From Marsupella aquatica (lineage: Eukaryota > Plantae > Marchantiophyta): DNA of 64,000 nucleotides. The DNA lies in the NCBI GenBank assembly GCA_973895155.1, contig OZ316896.1:14604684-14668683 (forward strand), written 5' to 3'. The notes under the pieces are model-generated. The model was not told where the DNA came from. It saw only the letters and a program-made list of their open reading frames with translations, and ran no database searches. A program made the translations under genes and the position numbers. Positions 26,541-38,744 of this stretch are shown here, in pieces (position 1 is the stretch's first letter; each line of letters opens with the position of its first letter).

Positions 26541-28779
26541 AGTGGGAAGCAGCAGCGCCTTTCTTCCTCGGGGGCCCTCCATTCGCTCCCCCCCGCACTG
26601 CACTACTCTACTACTCTACACTATTCTAGTCTAGTCCGGTCCAGTCCAGTCCCGTAGCGCTCTGCTCACTACTCTCCAGTACTCCTACTCTGTACTCGCA
26701 TCCTCGGTAATTCGTCGGCACTGCACTCTGCAGCAGTGTAAAGGGGTCGTCGTCTTCTTCGGACTTTTTTTGCCAACTTTTACTGCGTCCTCTGCCTTCT
26801 CAAGCTCTCATGTTCTGCAGTCACTCATGCTGCTTCTGCGTGGTAATATCGTGCTTTAATTAATTACTGTACTGGACTGTTCTGTTCTGTACAGTTCCTT
26901 CCTTCCTTCGCCATGTACGCCGCGGGAAGGCGCTACTTAATTAGCCTCACTTATTATTACCGCTGCCCCATCAAACATTACTTCTATGATTTTCTTGTCG
27001 TACCTCGTATTCTAATCTTTTCTACGTTTTGTCTTCTTGATCTGTCCCGTGTCTCATCGTTCGTTTGTCTTTCTGTGGCTCAGAGCCTTTCTTTGCGTTC
27101 TTTCTCTTTCAGTGCCCCTAAGTTTTTCAATTGTCTTTCTCTGGCTCAGAGCCTTTAGGCCTTCTTTCTCTTTCCGTGTCGCATTGTGCATTTGTCTGAG
27201 TCTGAGCCTTTACGTCTTCTTTCTCGTCCCAGTGTCTCATTCTTCTTTTGTCGTCTTTGTATTTTCTGTTTCCGTGTCTCATTGTTCATTTGTCTTCTCT
27301 GCAGCTCCTAATGAACCCTACTTTTTACCGCCTAATTTCCATTTTTAACCTTCTTCTTGTCTTACGTCCCAATCTAATTTTCTTTTCTTTGTCTTCTTTG
27401 CCTGGCCAATTTACAAGTGTATTGCTTTTCAAGATTGTTGTAGTGATGCATGTGTCCAACCTATTCTACCTTTTATCATAGAAGGAAGCCCTAATTTGTC
27501 TTTGTGGCCTCATTGTCCGTTTCTTGTCTCTTGTGCATAAGAGCCATTGTGTAGCATCGTATACAAATTGACTCTTATTTGGAGTGGTGACAGCATGCTA
27601 CGTCCTTTCTGATTGACAGATATAGACATTTACAGGTCCTTTTGAAGTGATTGATACAGGCCAGAATGGAGAGGATGCAAAATGTGAGTCTGTTCTCAAC
27701 ACAAGGATTCTGAGTTAGAAAGCCTAAAAAATTCTCTTCAACGTGGGTGTAAAGGCAACTTTGATAGCGGCTAATGGGAGCTTCACTACTTTCATTGGTC
27801 TTTGAGAGTTCTGGTGAAAAAAGTTCTGGTTTTTTGGGACGAGATCATCATCAAACACAATATAATATGATCCTGCCCAAAATGGGGGATTGCCTGCTTC
27901 CAAAATGGAAACCAGGCTCAAGCCACTGCTGGGACTAGAAAATGATTTTGGGTGGCCCTCAGATCCACCCATGCACCCCTCCTGCACCAACTGCCATGTG
28001 CCTGCCCACAATAAAATTAATAATCTAAAAATAAAGATATTGGAAAACTTTGAAAACCTTTGAATATATATTATGTTAGATATATCTAAAAAAATGTAAA
28101 CAATTTTAAAATTTGAGTCCTCCCTCCTATTGTTTACCTAGGCGTTGTCTATTTATGAAAAAAGTGGGAATGGATTGTGGCTGTCAGCTGAAAGAGAGAA
28201 CTAGCCAGAGACAGCCAAAGCAACTCAATGGAACCAGTGCACTTTCAAAAGCACATATGAAACCTCTTGGCCCAATGCAGTTTTCCCCATTAAACTAAGG
28301 TATCATGGGACCTTTGTTTGTGGGAAGAAGGCCGTTTGTGGAAAGCAAAGTTGTGCATCAATTATCTTTTTTGATCTACAAGGTTCAATAACCGTAAAAA
28401 AAACTAGTAGAACACGAGCTTCAAGCAATCTCCCATGATCTTCATTGTTTCTGCATCTCTTTGCTTCTAGGGCCTTGTTCTTGTCATGGCTCACTCCACC
28501 GCCAAAGCTACTCACTCTACCAACAACTTACGTGGTGTCTACAAATACCTTCCATAGGGAGAACCTCCAAGTTACTTCAATATACTAAACAAAAACAAAC
28601 CAAAAAGGTATACTAATCTCCAGAAAAATACTTATGGCCCCACACTTTTATACTTTGAGGCCCTACCATTTTAGCTTTGTTCTCATGCGCCTCTGCAGGC
28701 TTAACCTAAAACCAGTATAGTAAATTATTCCTTCCCAAGGCTCACCTCAAGTTAATGACATTATGTCATTATACATATA

Positions 28780-29907
28780 CTAACCTGATGCCCTGCATTG
28801 CACAAAAGATTTTGACATGAGAGCAAGATGTCAAGGAGAGGCAAAGATGTTGAGGCGAGGGCAAGATGTCAAGGAGAGGAAAAGATTTCGAGGCTAGGCA
28901 AAGATGTTGAGGTGAGGGCAAGACGTCCAGGTGAGGAAAAGATAGGGAGGTGAGACAAAACTGTCGAGGCAAGGGCAAGATGTCAAGGAGAAACAAAGAT
29001 AAGGAGGTGAGGTGAAGATGTTGATGTAAGAAAGAGATGTTAAGGTAAAGAAAAGTCAAAAGGAGGTCGAGGAGAGAAAAGATGGCAAGGTGAGAAAACG
29101 AGTGAGAAAAAGATGAAAAGATGAGGAAAACATGTCGAGGAGAGAAAAGAAGTTGAGGGTGACAGATAGATATTGTAGTGAGATAAAGATGTCAACATGA
29201 GCAAAAGGTAAGATGTCGAGTCAAGGATTAGATGTCAAGCCAAGTGAGAAAAGATGTGAAGGGGAGAAAAAATGTTGAAGATGAGAAAAAAATGTCATGG
29301 TGAGATAAAAATGTGAATGTGAGAAAGAATGGTAAGATGAGATAAAAATGTAAATGTAAGGTAAAGTTGTTGTGGAATGCATCTGCAAGTACGAGCTTAA
29401 CCTGGGGTGTGATGTTTTATAACCTGTGCGTTGCACATAGAAATTGGGGATGCAAGTCGCGAGATAACTAAAAATTAACTAACTTTCATAAAATTAAATC
29501 TCCTTTTTAAGAGCAAAAGCCAAAATAATTTAATGTCAATCTACTCTACTTCCCCTTAGTCCTCACTCCCTGCCAACAACCCTTATCTCAAGTAAATCTC
29601 TCACTTTCATGCTCCATGCAAAATGTACTCTAAATAGACCATAAAATAATATACTTTCACTTTAATGTTTCATGCCAAAAAGTACTATATGTAAGCTATA
29701 AAATATTTATAGTAACATATTCAAGTGCTCTATGATATAGTATATCTACCTTGTACTATAACTTACAACCCATTTCACTCAATACAAGAGCCTTAAATAA
29801 TTCTAAAAGATATCTGACGGCTGAGCATTGTTCCCTCATTTTTCATTTTTGTAACGGGACTATGGACGAAGTAATGCGGGATCCCTTATTATAGTTATAT
29901 AGATAGA
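28780..29907 (-). mobile_element. Non-autonomous Helitron-like element (~1.1 kb) with an internal ~20-bp-unit array
   Basis: The minus strand begins A|TCTATCTATATAACTATAATAAGG (29907) and ends ...GTGCAATGCAGGGCATCAGGTTAG|T (28780), a decayed form of the plant Helitron GTGCAACGCAC hairpin plus CTAG end, inserted between A and T. The interior 28805-29370 is a degenerate GAGAAAAGATGT array. Confidence 0.7.
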
Positions 29908-31802
29908 TTCTTATGACTTTTTCACTTGTGGTGGTTTCAATCTATTTGTCCAAGCACTATCAAGAGCGCATGTCCAACACAACATACTCTCATAATAGAG
30001 TTCACTCACAGTATCAACTTGGACAAATTGTATAGTTAGAAAGTGAACTAGATGATGATAGTTTTGGCGTGTGCCATCACTAAGGGCGCTACCTATGTTT
30101 AGTCATTCAAATTGACAGCAAGTACTTGGCATCAAGGCTCATGGGAAGGCTTGTGTGTTGCCTTAGACCTAGCCTCAAAGGTGTTCCACTCTATACATTA
30201 TGCTCTCTTTCTTTCAGCAAAGTATCACATTTTACCACTTATCTAATACTTAAATTGTATAATTCTTTTCTGACTAGGCAGTTTAGACAATTGTGCTAAG
30301 TGGACAGCTGATATTGTGACAATTGTCATCTGATCTGCTAGGGAAAATATTCCCATATTATGAAATATATTTTCTTGAAACAAACAACACATATCAATAC
30401 CCTATTTTAGTTTGAAACTTATTCAACAAACCAAAAAGTATAATTTCTTGCACTTATGTTTTAATCGGAGAAAGTAGCTAATTTTGACCAAAACTGTCTC
30501 TTTTGGTTCATACAGTTTTTGATAGTTGATACCCTAAGGCCAATTTCTCTGGTATTGCATCCATGGCCCGGTTAAGATGGAGTGTACGTGACAGGAAGTA
30601 CCTTCAGGACTCAAAATGTGTTTGTCAATGACAGAGTATTTCCCTAACATGGCAAAAGCTTCACAGTGAATTTCTTTTTGAGAGTAATCTTTCACTAGGC
30701 TATTTTGCATGCTGTAACCAACCTCAACATGTTGATAAATCAGGTTTTTAACTTTTATATGTGACCTTATTACTATGGCCCTATATAAACCAAAGTATGT
30801 ATTTTTTCCTGCATATCAAGTTTAGGTACATTCTAAGAGACTATTTCTACAATACACGGGTATGAATCATTAGATGGACAAAAAACTCCTTTCTCTATAA
30901 TGCCTTACAAAGGCTTAAGACTTTGCTTGTTTTTTATCTGGTCTCTATTGTCATCACTTCTACAATGATCTCCTTCTGCAAGCTTAACTCCACTCCCCAG
31001 TGTGTAAGCATGACCTCAAGTTCAGTACACCTAGCTACATTTATGCAAATTAGAGTGGTTGGACCAAGTTATACTGCCACCACTCTTCAGGAGACACTGT
31101 AGGAGGCAATCCCGATTGCAGTGATGTCTCCAATCTTAAAAGAAAGATGTGGTGTATTCTTTCTGGAATACAATTGTAGTTGGTTTACCAATGCCAATCC
31201 CGTTTATGCCATAAATAGTAACTATTAAAATTTTGGACCCCAAATGGTTTTGTTATCAGGGTCCAAACCATGGTCCAAACCTCAAAAGAATTTGGTCATG
31301 TAAATTTCAAGGATATTTTAAAGCATTCTGGTGTAAACACAGAGTTTTCAGTGTATAACCTGGTTTGAAGAAGGCAAAGGAGAATGACGGTCTGGCCCTG
31401 AGTTAGTTCCTGAAATGAAAAATAGAACCTGAATGACAGGACAATAGTAGCTTCCCAAGTTTTGTAAGGTGACTTTGACCTTCTATCATCAATGAAAAAG
31501 TCAGACTGGACTTTATGCTTGTGAGAGATGAATTGGTGCCCGTGTCCTCTTTGGACCACAAAGCTTTACACCATTGTACTTTGGACCTCTTCTGTTTTTA
31601 GTCCATTGTACTTTGTTGGCCCTTTCAAGTAAATAAGTAAATTGGTCCTTTTTTGTCTGGTTAGTTGTGGTTTAACGATTTTTTTGTTTGTCTTAAGTAT
31701 GGTTAGTTGTGGTTTTAGGGTAAGTGGTGATGTTCAATGTCCAACTACCATAGATTTCAAAGTTTCGCACCTTCATTAGTAATGGTCATTTTGGACAGAG
31801 TT

Positions 31803-32185
31803 GTGATCGTCTTGTCATGACTGTGGCGAGTCTCGTTATTATTCAGTCCAAAACCACTTCTTTCCATGGATACCTTTAACAACGTTGTGATCCTCTTGAC
31901 ATGACTGTGGTGAGTCTGGTTAATATTAGTCCGCCACCACTTCTCTCCATGGATACCTTTTGCATTTTTAGCAGCGCTGTGATGCTCTTGACATGACTGT
32001 GGTGAGTCTTGTTAATATTACTCCACCACTACTTCTCTCTATGGACACCTTTGGCTTTATTAGCAGAGTAGTGATCCTCTGGTGAGTCTGGTTAATATTA
32101 GTCCACCACCACTTCTCTCCATAGGAATACCTTGTGCATTTCTTAACAGTGTTGTGATCCTGTTGACATGACAGTCGTGAGTCTT
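31803..32185. repeat. Degenerate tandem repeat, 83-92 bp unit, ~4.4 copies
   Basis: Units GTGATCCTCTTGACATGACTGTGGTGAGTCT...CCACCACTTCTCTCCATGGATACC start at 31803, 31887, 31979, 32071 and 32154. Confidence 0.9.
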
Positions 32186-34458
32186 CTTGGGGCCCTTCCC
32201 TATTCTGTTTCCTCCTCTTTATTGGGTTGCTTTGCCTTTGGACCCTGTTATCCGGTTTGGCTTGGCATTTTTGCCCTCTGGCTCTTTGATATATACTTTG
32301 CTCCATGGATGGATGTTGCAGCAATGTACAGGAGCTCTCCACTGAAGGGGTTGGTGGGCTTGCACTGTGAACGATGAGTATACTAGCAGAGAGTTTCGTG
32401 GGACAGGGATTTCTGTAGAAGACGGGAAACATAATCGTCATGAATAGCATCATCATTATTATTTGATTGATAGGAGGATCCACGGTTGCAGATGCCCAAG
32501 CCAAGTGAAAGCACAGCAGGACAGCCGTCGATCCTATTGAATTGGTCAGAATCCCAAGGGAAAAGGAGGAGTGGGGGTTTAGAGTAGCTGGCTGAATGGG
32601 ACGAGAGGAGATCCATCACACGATCAGCCAGACAGACCAGCTGACATATGATAAAGGGAGGGGGAATTGTATAGTTGTCTCTCTCTAAGTGCACTCTCCT
32701 TGCAAAAAGCATCTTGTGTGCACACTCAATGGAGTTTCTCACTAACTGATAAGTGTAAACCCATAGAACTGTATGGATTACATCCCTTTGATAAATGTGC
32801 AACTATGCTTCCTCTTGTAAACCCTAGGTTGTACATCCCTACCCTAACATGCCCTAAACTTATCAGAAAGTGTAATTTGATGAAGGTGTGCACTTACTGA
32901 TAGTTTGCTCATCAAAATTTTGCACTTATAAGGGTTACCATTGTGATAAGGGCTAATGTACACTTATCGAGGGTTTTCACTTCTAAAGTTATCATTGAGC
33001 AAAAAACTCAGGCTTTTCTGTACTTGCAAAGGGTGCAAAATAAGTGCAAACTCCCCTGTAAAAAGGGAAGAACGGCAAGCCTTGCAGTTATCCACGATGT
33101 GCACTTATAGAGTCACAACTGTAATTGTAAGTGTACTGTGTATGACGTACAGTGTATATGACGTGGGTTACAGTAGTAGATGCATCGGAGTCATCGGACT
33201 GACAGCAGAGACTAGAGAGTGGAGATGGAGGGACACCTGTAGATTTAAAAACGTCAATGTGCCTTGCAGTCACATTGTCCACGCTTTACTCCCCTCGCTC
33301 CTGATGCCGCCGCTGCTTCTTCCATCCATGCAGTCACGCATTAATTTCACCCTTTCCCGGACCGAGTTGAGGAGTTCAGTAGTGATGCCATGCTTTGAAT
33401 TGTGAGAGAATAATAAATCAGCAGAAGCGGCTCTTGCAGAACAGACTGGAACGGAGAAGGCGAGACTGCTCGACATTGTCTCTCGGAGCTCTCAATCCTC
33501 GAGAACGCGCAGCAGCTTTTGTGTTGCAGACCAGAGACTGTAAGAACGGAGAAGGCTAGTGGACTGCTGTACATTGGGACGAGGCGTGAAAAGAGTTGTT
33601 ACAGTGATCTGTGAAGGGAGTGGTGAGTTCTTCCGTGCCCTTGGGCTTTTCGTTGTGAGGATTTCTATACTACTGATCCGGGGTTGTTTGATTCCGCGAG
33701 TGGGTACAGTTTGCATTCATGCCAGTTCGAGTGAACTCTCCGTTGAGCTTTTCGGTACCTATTGCTCGTGAATTGAGCTCTGTTCTGCCTGCCTGAGGCG
33801 TTTTCTCAAGAGAGATGGGTGTGGGGGCTTGACATGAAGGCGAAAACACCGTTCTTTGCTCTGCTCTGGTTAGCTCTCGCGTCACGTTGTGCAGGGTTGG
33901 AGATCTTGTGTGGTTTGTCTTTTGTGCATTTCGTTATAATTGGATTGAATGTAACTGGCCCACTCTTTCTTGGAGTTGGGCAACCGGCGTGTAAGGGTCG
34001 ATAAGTACTTGATACGCTGCCACGCCTCTAGCATTACAGCTCATATGTTCGAGTTCTGTCTGGTGTTTTCTCTCTATCTTTTCTTCTTTCTACGTTGATT
34101 TTTCACTGCCGACGTGAATGTCAGTCGTCATTCTGATTCATGACAGACGAAAGTGTTCTCCTCGGTCGTCTCTGTCCGCGACGGGCCTCCTCATATTCGG
34201 CCCTTTTCGGCGAGTTCTTCAAGTTATTGAATCTTTTCCAGACGTTTGCTCTGACCTGATTTGGAGCGTCTGATGATTAGTTCCCTCCCTGGTTCTCGTC
34301 TTTTCAACCTCTTGCTGCATCCCCAAATTCACTTCCAGTGTCTTATGTGCGTCGCATGCAGCAGTTGCATTGCAGGATTGCGATTTGGAATTCTCACACC
34401 TTGCTGTTGTTGTTGGGCTTTGAAGCAAGGTTGTCCGTTCGGTGAGGCGTATTGAAGG

Positions 34459-37122
34459 ATGACAATGGAATACCGTCACCTTGGGAAGACAGGGCTGAAG
34501 GTGAGCCTGTTATCTTATGGGGCTTGGGTGAGCTTTGGCAACCAGCTCGATGTGAAGGATGCGAAGGGGATACTCTCCCGCTGTCGAGAGTCGGGAGTAA
34601 ATTTCTTCGACAATGCGGAGGTGTATGCTAATGGGCGGGCGGAAGAGATCATGGGGCAAGCAATCCGAGAGCTGGGTTGGAAGAGATCAGATCTTGTCAT
34701 CTCCACCAAGCTCTTCTGGGGAGGACAGGGCCCTAACGACAAGGGCCTCTCGCGCAAGCACATAGTGGAGGGAGTCAAAGCTTCACTCAAGAGACTTGAA
34801 ATGGAGTATGCAGCCGCACTCATACCCTTGACACCATTTTTTCCATTGATCTCACACGACTCTGTTACAATCAACATGAGCCGTTTGAACGGATGGTTCA
34901 ACTTGTGAAAGCTGCTGTCTCGTTAACCTGAAGTCACTTTGGACCATCTGTTCAATTTGCGGCACGAGGGACTTTTACAGCCGTAAATCTCTATTTTGCA
35001 GTCCTGATTTTTCCGTTGAAGTCAGTTTGGACAGTGTGTTGAAATTGCGTCTCGAGGGACAATTACAGCCATTAACCTGCCTGTTTCAGTCTTAGATTTT
35101 TCCGGTTGACACATCAGAACAGAGAAACGGTGTGAATGGTTGTGATCACAATTGTTCTGGGTGAATTGTGGTCTAGTGGTAGCTTCAAATTTGGAAAAGA
35201 GTTTTGGAGATGAAGCACAGGGCCTTGGCAGGAAGTGGATGCATGGACAATCACATATGCCCCATGTTGTGAAGGCTCTGTTTTCCCTTCCAATAATTTA
35301 TCTCTAATGCTTGAACCGCTCGCACAAGCTTGCTACTGGTGGATGGAAGGTCAACAAATGTGTCTACGGAAAATATTGAGCATACAGGATGCACATGTCT
35401 GATCTGGCGGACAAGATCTTTCACGAGGATCTTTGAATCTCTACTTTCAATTTATCTTGAGGTTCACTCGTAATGTGGGTGAGAGGCTATCGCGGAGCGC
35501 AAAGAACTTACTTTTGTTAATCTTTTGCTCTCTTACTAATTCATTTGTGTCATATTATGCGCAGCTATGTGGATCTTTTGTATTGCCATCGTCCTGATAC
35601 AAGCACTCCGATCGAGGAGACGGTGAGAGCCATGAATTGGGCCATCGATCATGGCTATGCCTTCTACTGGGGAACAAGTGAATGGACTGCCCAACAGATT
35701 ACCGAGGCTTGGGATGTGGCACACAGACTGGATCTTGTCGGTCCCGCTATGGAGCAACCTGAGTACAACCTGTTAGCTCGTGAGAAGGTCTGCAGCTATA
35801 TCTCGCTACACTTCTCATGAGCATGTCTGATCAAATTGGGGTTCTTGCTACATTTACTTTTCATTTTTCTCAGTCGATATAGCTGGATTGCTTTTGTGGA
35901 TCATGCAATAGTGTAGCTTAGGACGAGTATGTTGGTTTTACTCCTGCTGGCCTGAATGACGTACCTCAAGATTCCTGGGACATTTCCAATTCGTTTGCAG
36001 TTTGACGTAGCTTTGCATACAGAGAAGATTGTTTCAACTATTCATTTCGTTATTTGGGATAGCGACGACAGATACAGGACGTAAAATGATTTTCTCCACG
36101 TAAGGTGTATGGCCCTTTTGACAAGATGGTTGGTTTCGCAGCTTTGATTGTAGTAAGAGTTATTTCATTCTTGTTGGGTTTGTTGTCATGAAATACAGGT
36201 GGAAAATGAATATCTCCCGCTATACAAGCGTTATGGATTGGGTTTGACGACTTGGAGCCCTCTTGCGTCTGGAGTATTCTCAGGAAAATATGGAAAGAAC
36301 AACATTCCTCCAAACAGTCGATTCTCTTTGGATAACTATAAGGTAAGTTCAGTTCTTTAATTTTGTGATGAATGCTTTATTTTAAGTGACGAAAAGAAAA
36401 ATGTTTAAGTCGTTTGTGCTACACAGAAAGCTTGAAAATTTGTTATTCATCCAAAACGCTTTCTTCGTCCAGCGCCTACTTAACTTAGCTGTGTATATGG
36501 CTGTTGTGGTTCGTGTTACTGGTTATTTGCTAAGGTTCTGTTAGTGTCAAGCAGTAACTTTCGTATATGGCGATTGTGGTTGGTGTTACTGGTCGATTGC
36601 TTAAGGTTCTGTTAGTGCTAAGCAGGCACTGTCTTCCAGCAGGCTAAGTTAGAAGTGTGTCTGAGCTGGTGTTGAGTTTAAAATATGAAAGCGTTAAGAA
36701 AAGACGACTTTCATTTGCAGAATCTTGCCCAGCGGTCGTTGGTGGATGAAGTTTTGAAAAAGGTTGATCTATTGAAGCCAATTGCGAAAGAATTAAGTGT
36801 GCCTCTTTCCCAATTGGCCATCGCGTGGTGTGCGTCGAACCCGAACGTGAGTTCTGTCATCACTGGAGCTACCCAAGAATCCCAGGTAAGGTCTTTGTCG
36901 GTCTTTTAGCTAACTTCATCGTTTTGTTGAATTTCAACTGAATACAGAAGAAGCCTCTAGTGGAAGAGAGGATTTTGTTCGACCACTAATCTAAAACTCG
37001 CTCTTCAGGTGACTGAAAACATGAAATCCTTGGACGTGTTGCCAAAGCTGACACCTGATGTGCTGGAGAAAATTGAAGACATTGTGCAAAGCAAGCCAAA
37101 AATTATTGATCAATATAGGTGA
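34459..37122 (+). CDS. KAB1: Voltage-gated potassium channel beta subunit (aldo-keto reductase family), 330 aa, 5 exons
   Basis: Exons 34459-34805, 35565-35787, 36199-36342, 36721-36885 and 37009-37122 (993 nt). Motifs [63 protein letters not shown] and SSVITGAT. Confidence 0.96.
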
Positions 37123-38344
37123 ATGCCAACTACTCTCAATCAATGACAGTAATCGTTCTGAGGAAAATCGGTAGAAGGTAGACAGAAGAGGCAATTTTAA
37201 TCTTCCGGAAAAGTGTTCGGACAGAGGAGACGATTTTGCACCAAGAACATGAAGTGTAGGTTTATATCTTATTGCTGTGTCAATATTGACCCGGTAGCCA
37301 TCTAAATTTAGACATGATGTATTGTTGTGTACATCTGGGCCCATTAGCCGTTTTAAGACCGTATTTCAGTATAGGGCGTCTCTCACCGAAAAGACAATTT
37401 GGGACAGATTTTCACTGATAATATTTCCACCTACTCGTCGTTTGACCTATGGTGAGGCAAACGCAATACTTGCCGAACGAAGGTTTAATTGTGGCACATC
37501 TCTCTGAAACGTGGAAAGACTCGTGACAAAATTCCCTAGATAGAGTTCAGATCAAATTGATGTGCACGACTAACCTACAAATCAGTACTTACTACAGATC
37601 TTCTAAATATATCTAGGAGTTGGTAATTCTCAGAGAAAACACCCTAAAAGTACTCATATAGGACTGCCTGCCTAAGATTGCCTCTTAAAGTGGAGGCAAT
37701 CTGCCACTGGAACTACCCATCTCGAAATTCTGAAACTGTTTCATTTTGGAATTAAAGTTTTTGGTTGACGTTACTTCCAGATATTGAGTTGAAGAGAAAG
37801 TTTGGACGAAGAGGCGAGGCCGTATCAAACAGCCCACTTGCTAGATGCATTGTTCGTGCAAAAAGAAATTTGAGAACTAGCAAATATAAACAGCACTTAT
37901 CCAACAGTTCAGCTAAAGACAATTCAATACTTCGTGAAACACTTGTTGGTACCAGTTATCATGCCTGATTGTGATGCATTGAGTAACTGGCAATTGGGTG
38001 ATTTCCACTGCTCTGAGTATGCATGTGTTGTTTTTCCCTTAGTTTGGAAGTTGCATACGCTCTCTGACTTTCCTTTAACATTCTGCCTCTCTGAACAAGC
38101 AAACTTCTGGGTATAGCTGGGTTCTCCGGCTGCTCCATAATTGAATATACGATTTGACAGTATGTTGAGATGCATTGGCACCGAGGCATATGGAAAGTGC
38201 AAAATCCATCACGGGAGCAGTGAGGGATACACGTGTATCTCATGATAAGTCACATTTATGTCCTCACAAAGAGCACAACAGAAAACTAGTCGAGAGCACA
38301 AACAAATCTCACCCACATAGTGCATTATATTATATTTGTATAAG

Positions 38345-38545
38345 TTCCGTCCCTGTGCATTGCACAAAAGATGATATTGTGAAATTAGATCGTGGACCCC
38401 TGATTAGTTCACAGCTTAGAAAAAATCTTGTTGAACATTGTGACTTCCACAAAAGATGATATTGTGAAATTAGATTGTGGACCCCTGACTACTGCCGATT
38501 AATTCGCAGCTTAGAAAAAATCTTGTTGAACATTTTGATTTCCGA
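38345..38545 (-). mobile_element. Helitron-type 3' end remnant adjoining an 85-bp tandem duplication
   Basis: CCTGTGCATTGCACAAAAGATG matches the family terminus seen at 28790, 53922 and 55113. CACAAAAGATGATATTGTGAAATTAG starts at 38363 and 38448. A related AAGATGT-type array lies at ~39380-39620. Confidence 0.5.
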
Positions 38546-38699
38546 TTTGGACAACCCAGAAAATTGATCTCATCACAAATTTCACTCATTAACACAACAA
38601 CGCAGCTCACTCAGATTCCAGTGCATAGCCTACATCAGAATTGATTCTATGTAACCTTCATCTCCTCTCCTTTTCTCCACTGGATCAAACTCTGCACCA

Positions 38700-38701
<2 letters not shown>

Positions 38702-38741
<40 letters not shown>
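38702..38741. repeat. (CT)20 microsatellite
   Basis: Uninterrupted TC/CT dinucleotide run. Confidence 0.97.

Positions 38742-38744
<3 letters not shown>

Noticed and set aside
25907-26657. Overlapping ORFs of 67-152 aa on both strands
   Set aside because: Low-complexity GAA/CCT and GC-rich 5' UTR or promoter sequence of alpha-adaptin; no recognisable domains.
28769-29436. Leu/Phe/Ser-rich minus-strand ORFs (also 55799-56394 and 58636-59022)
   Set aside because: Translations of tandem arrays or pyrimidine-rich tracts.
30400-31300. Degenerate transposase-like coding DNA (also 60500-61500 and 48480-49400)
   Set aside because: No recognisable motif in the frames I translated and many stops; cannot be supported without BLASTx.
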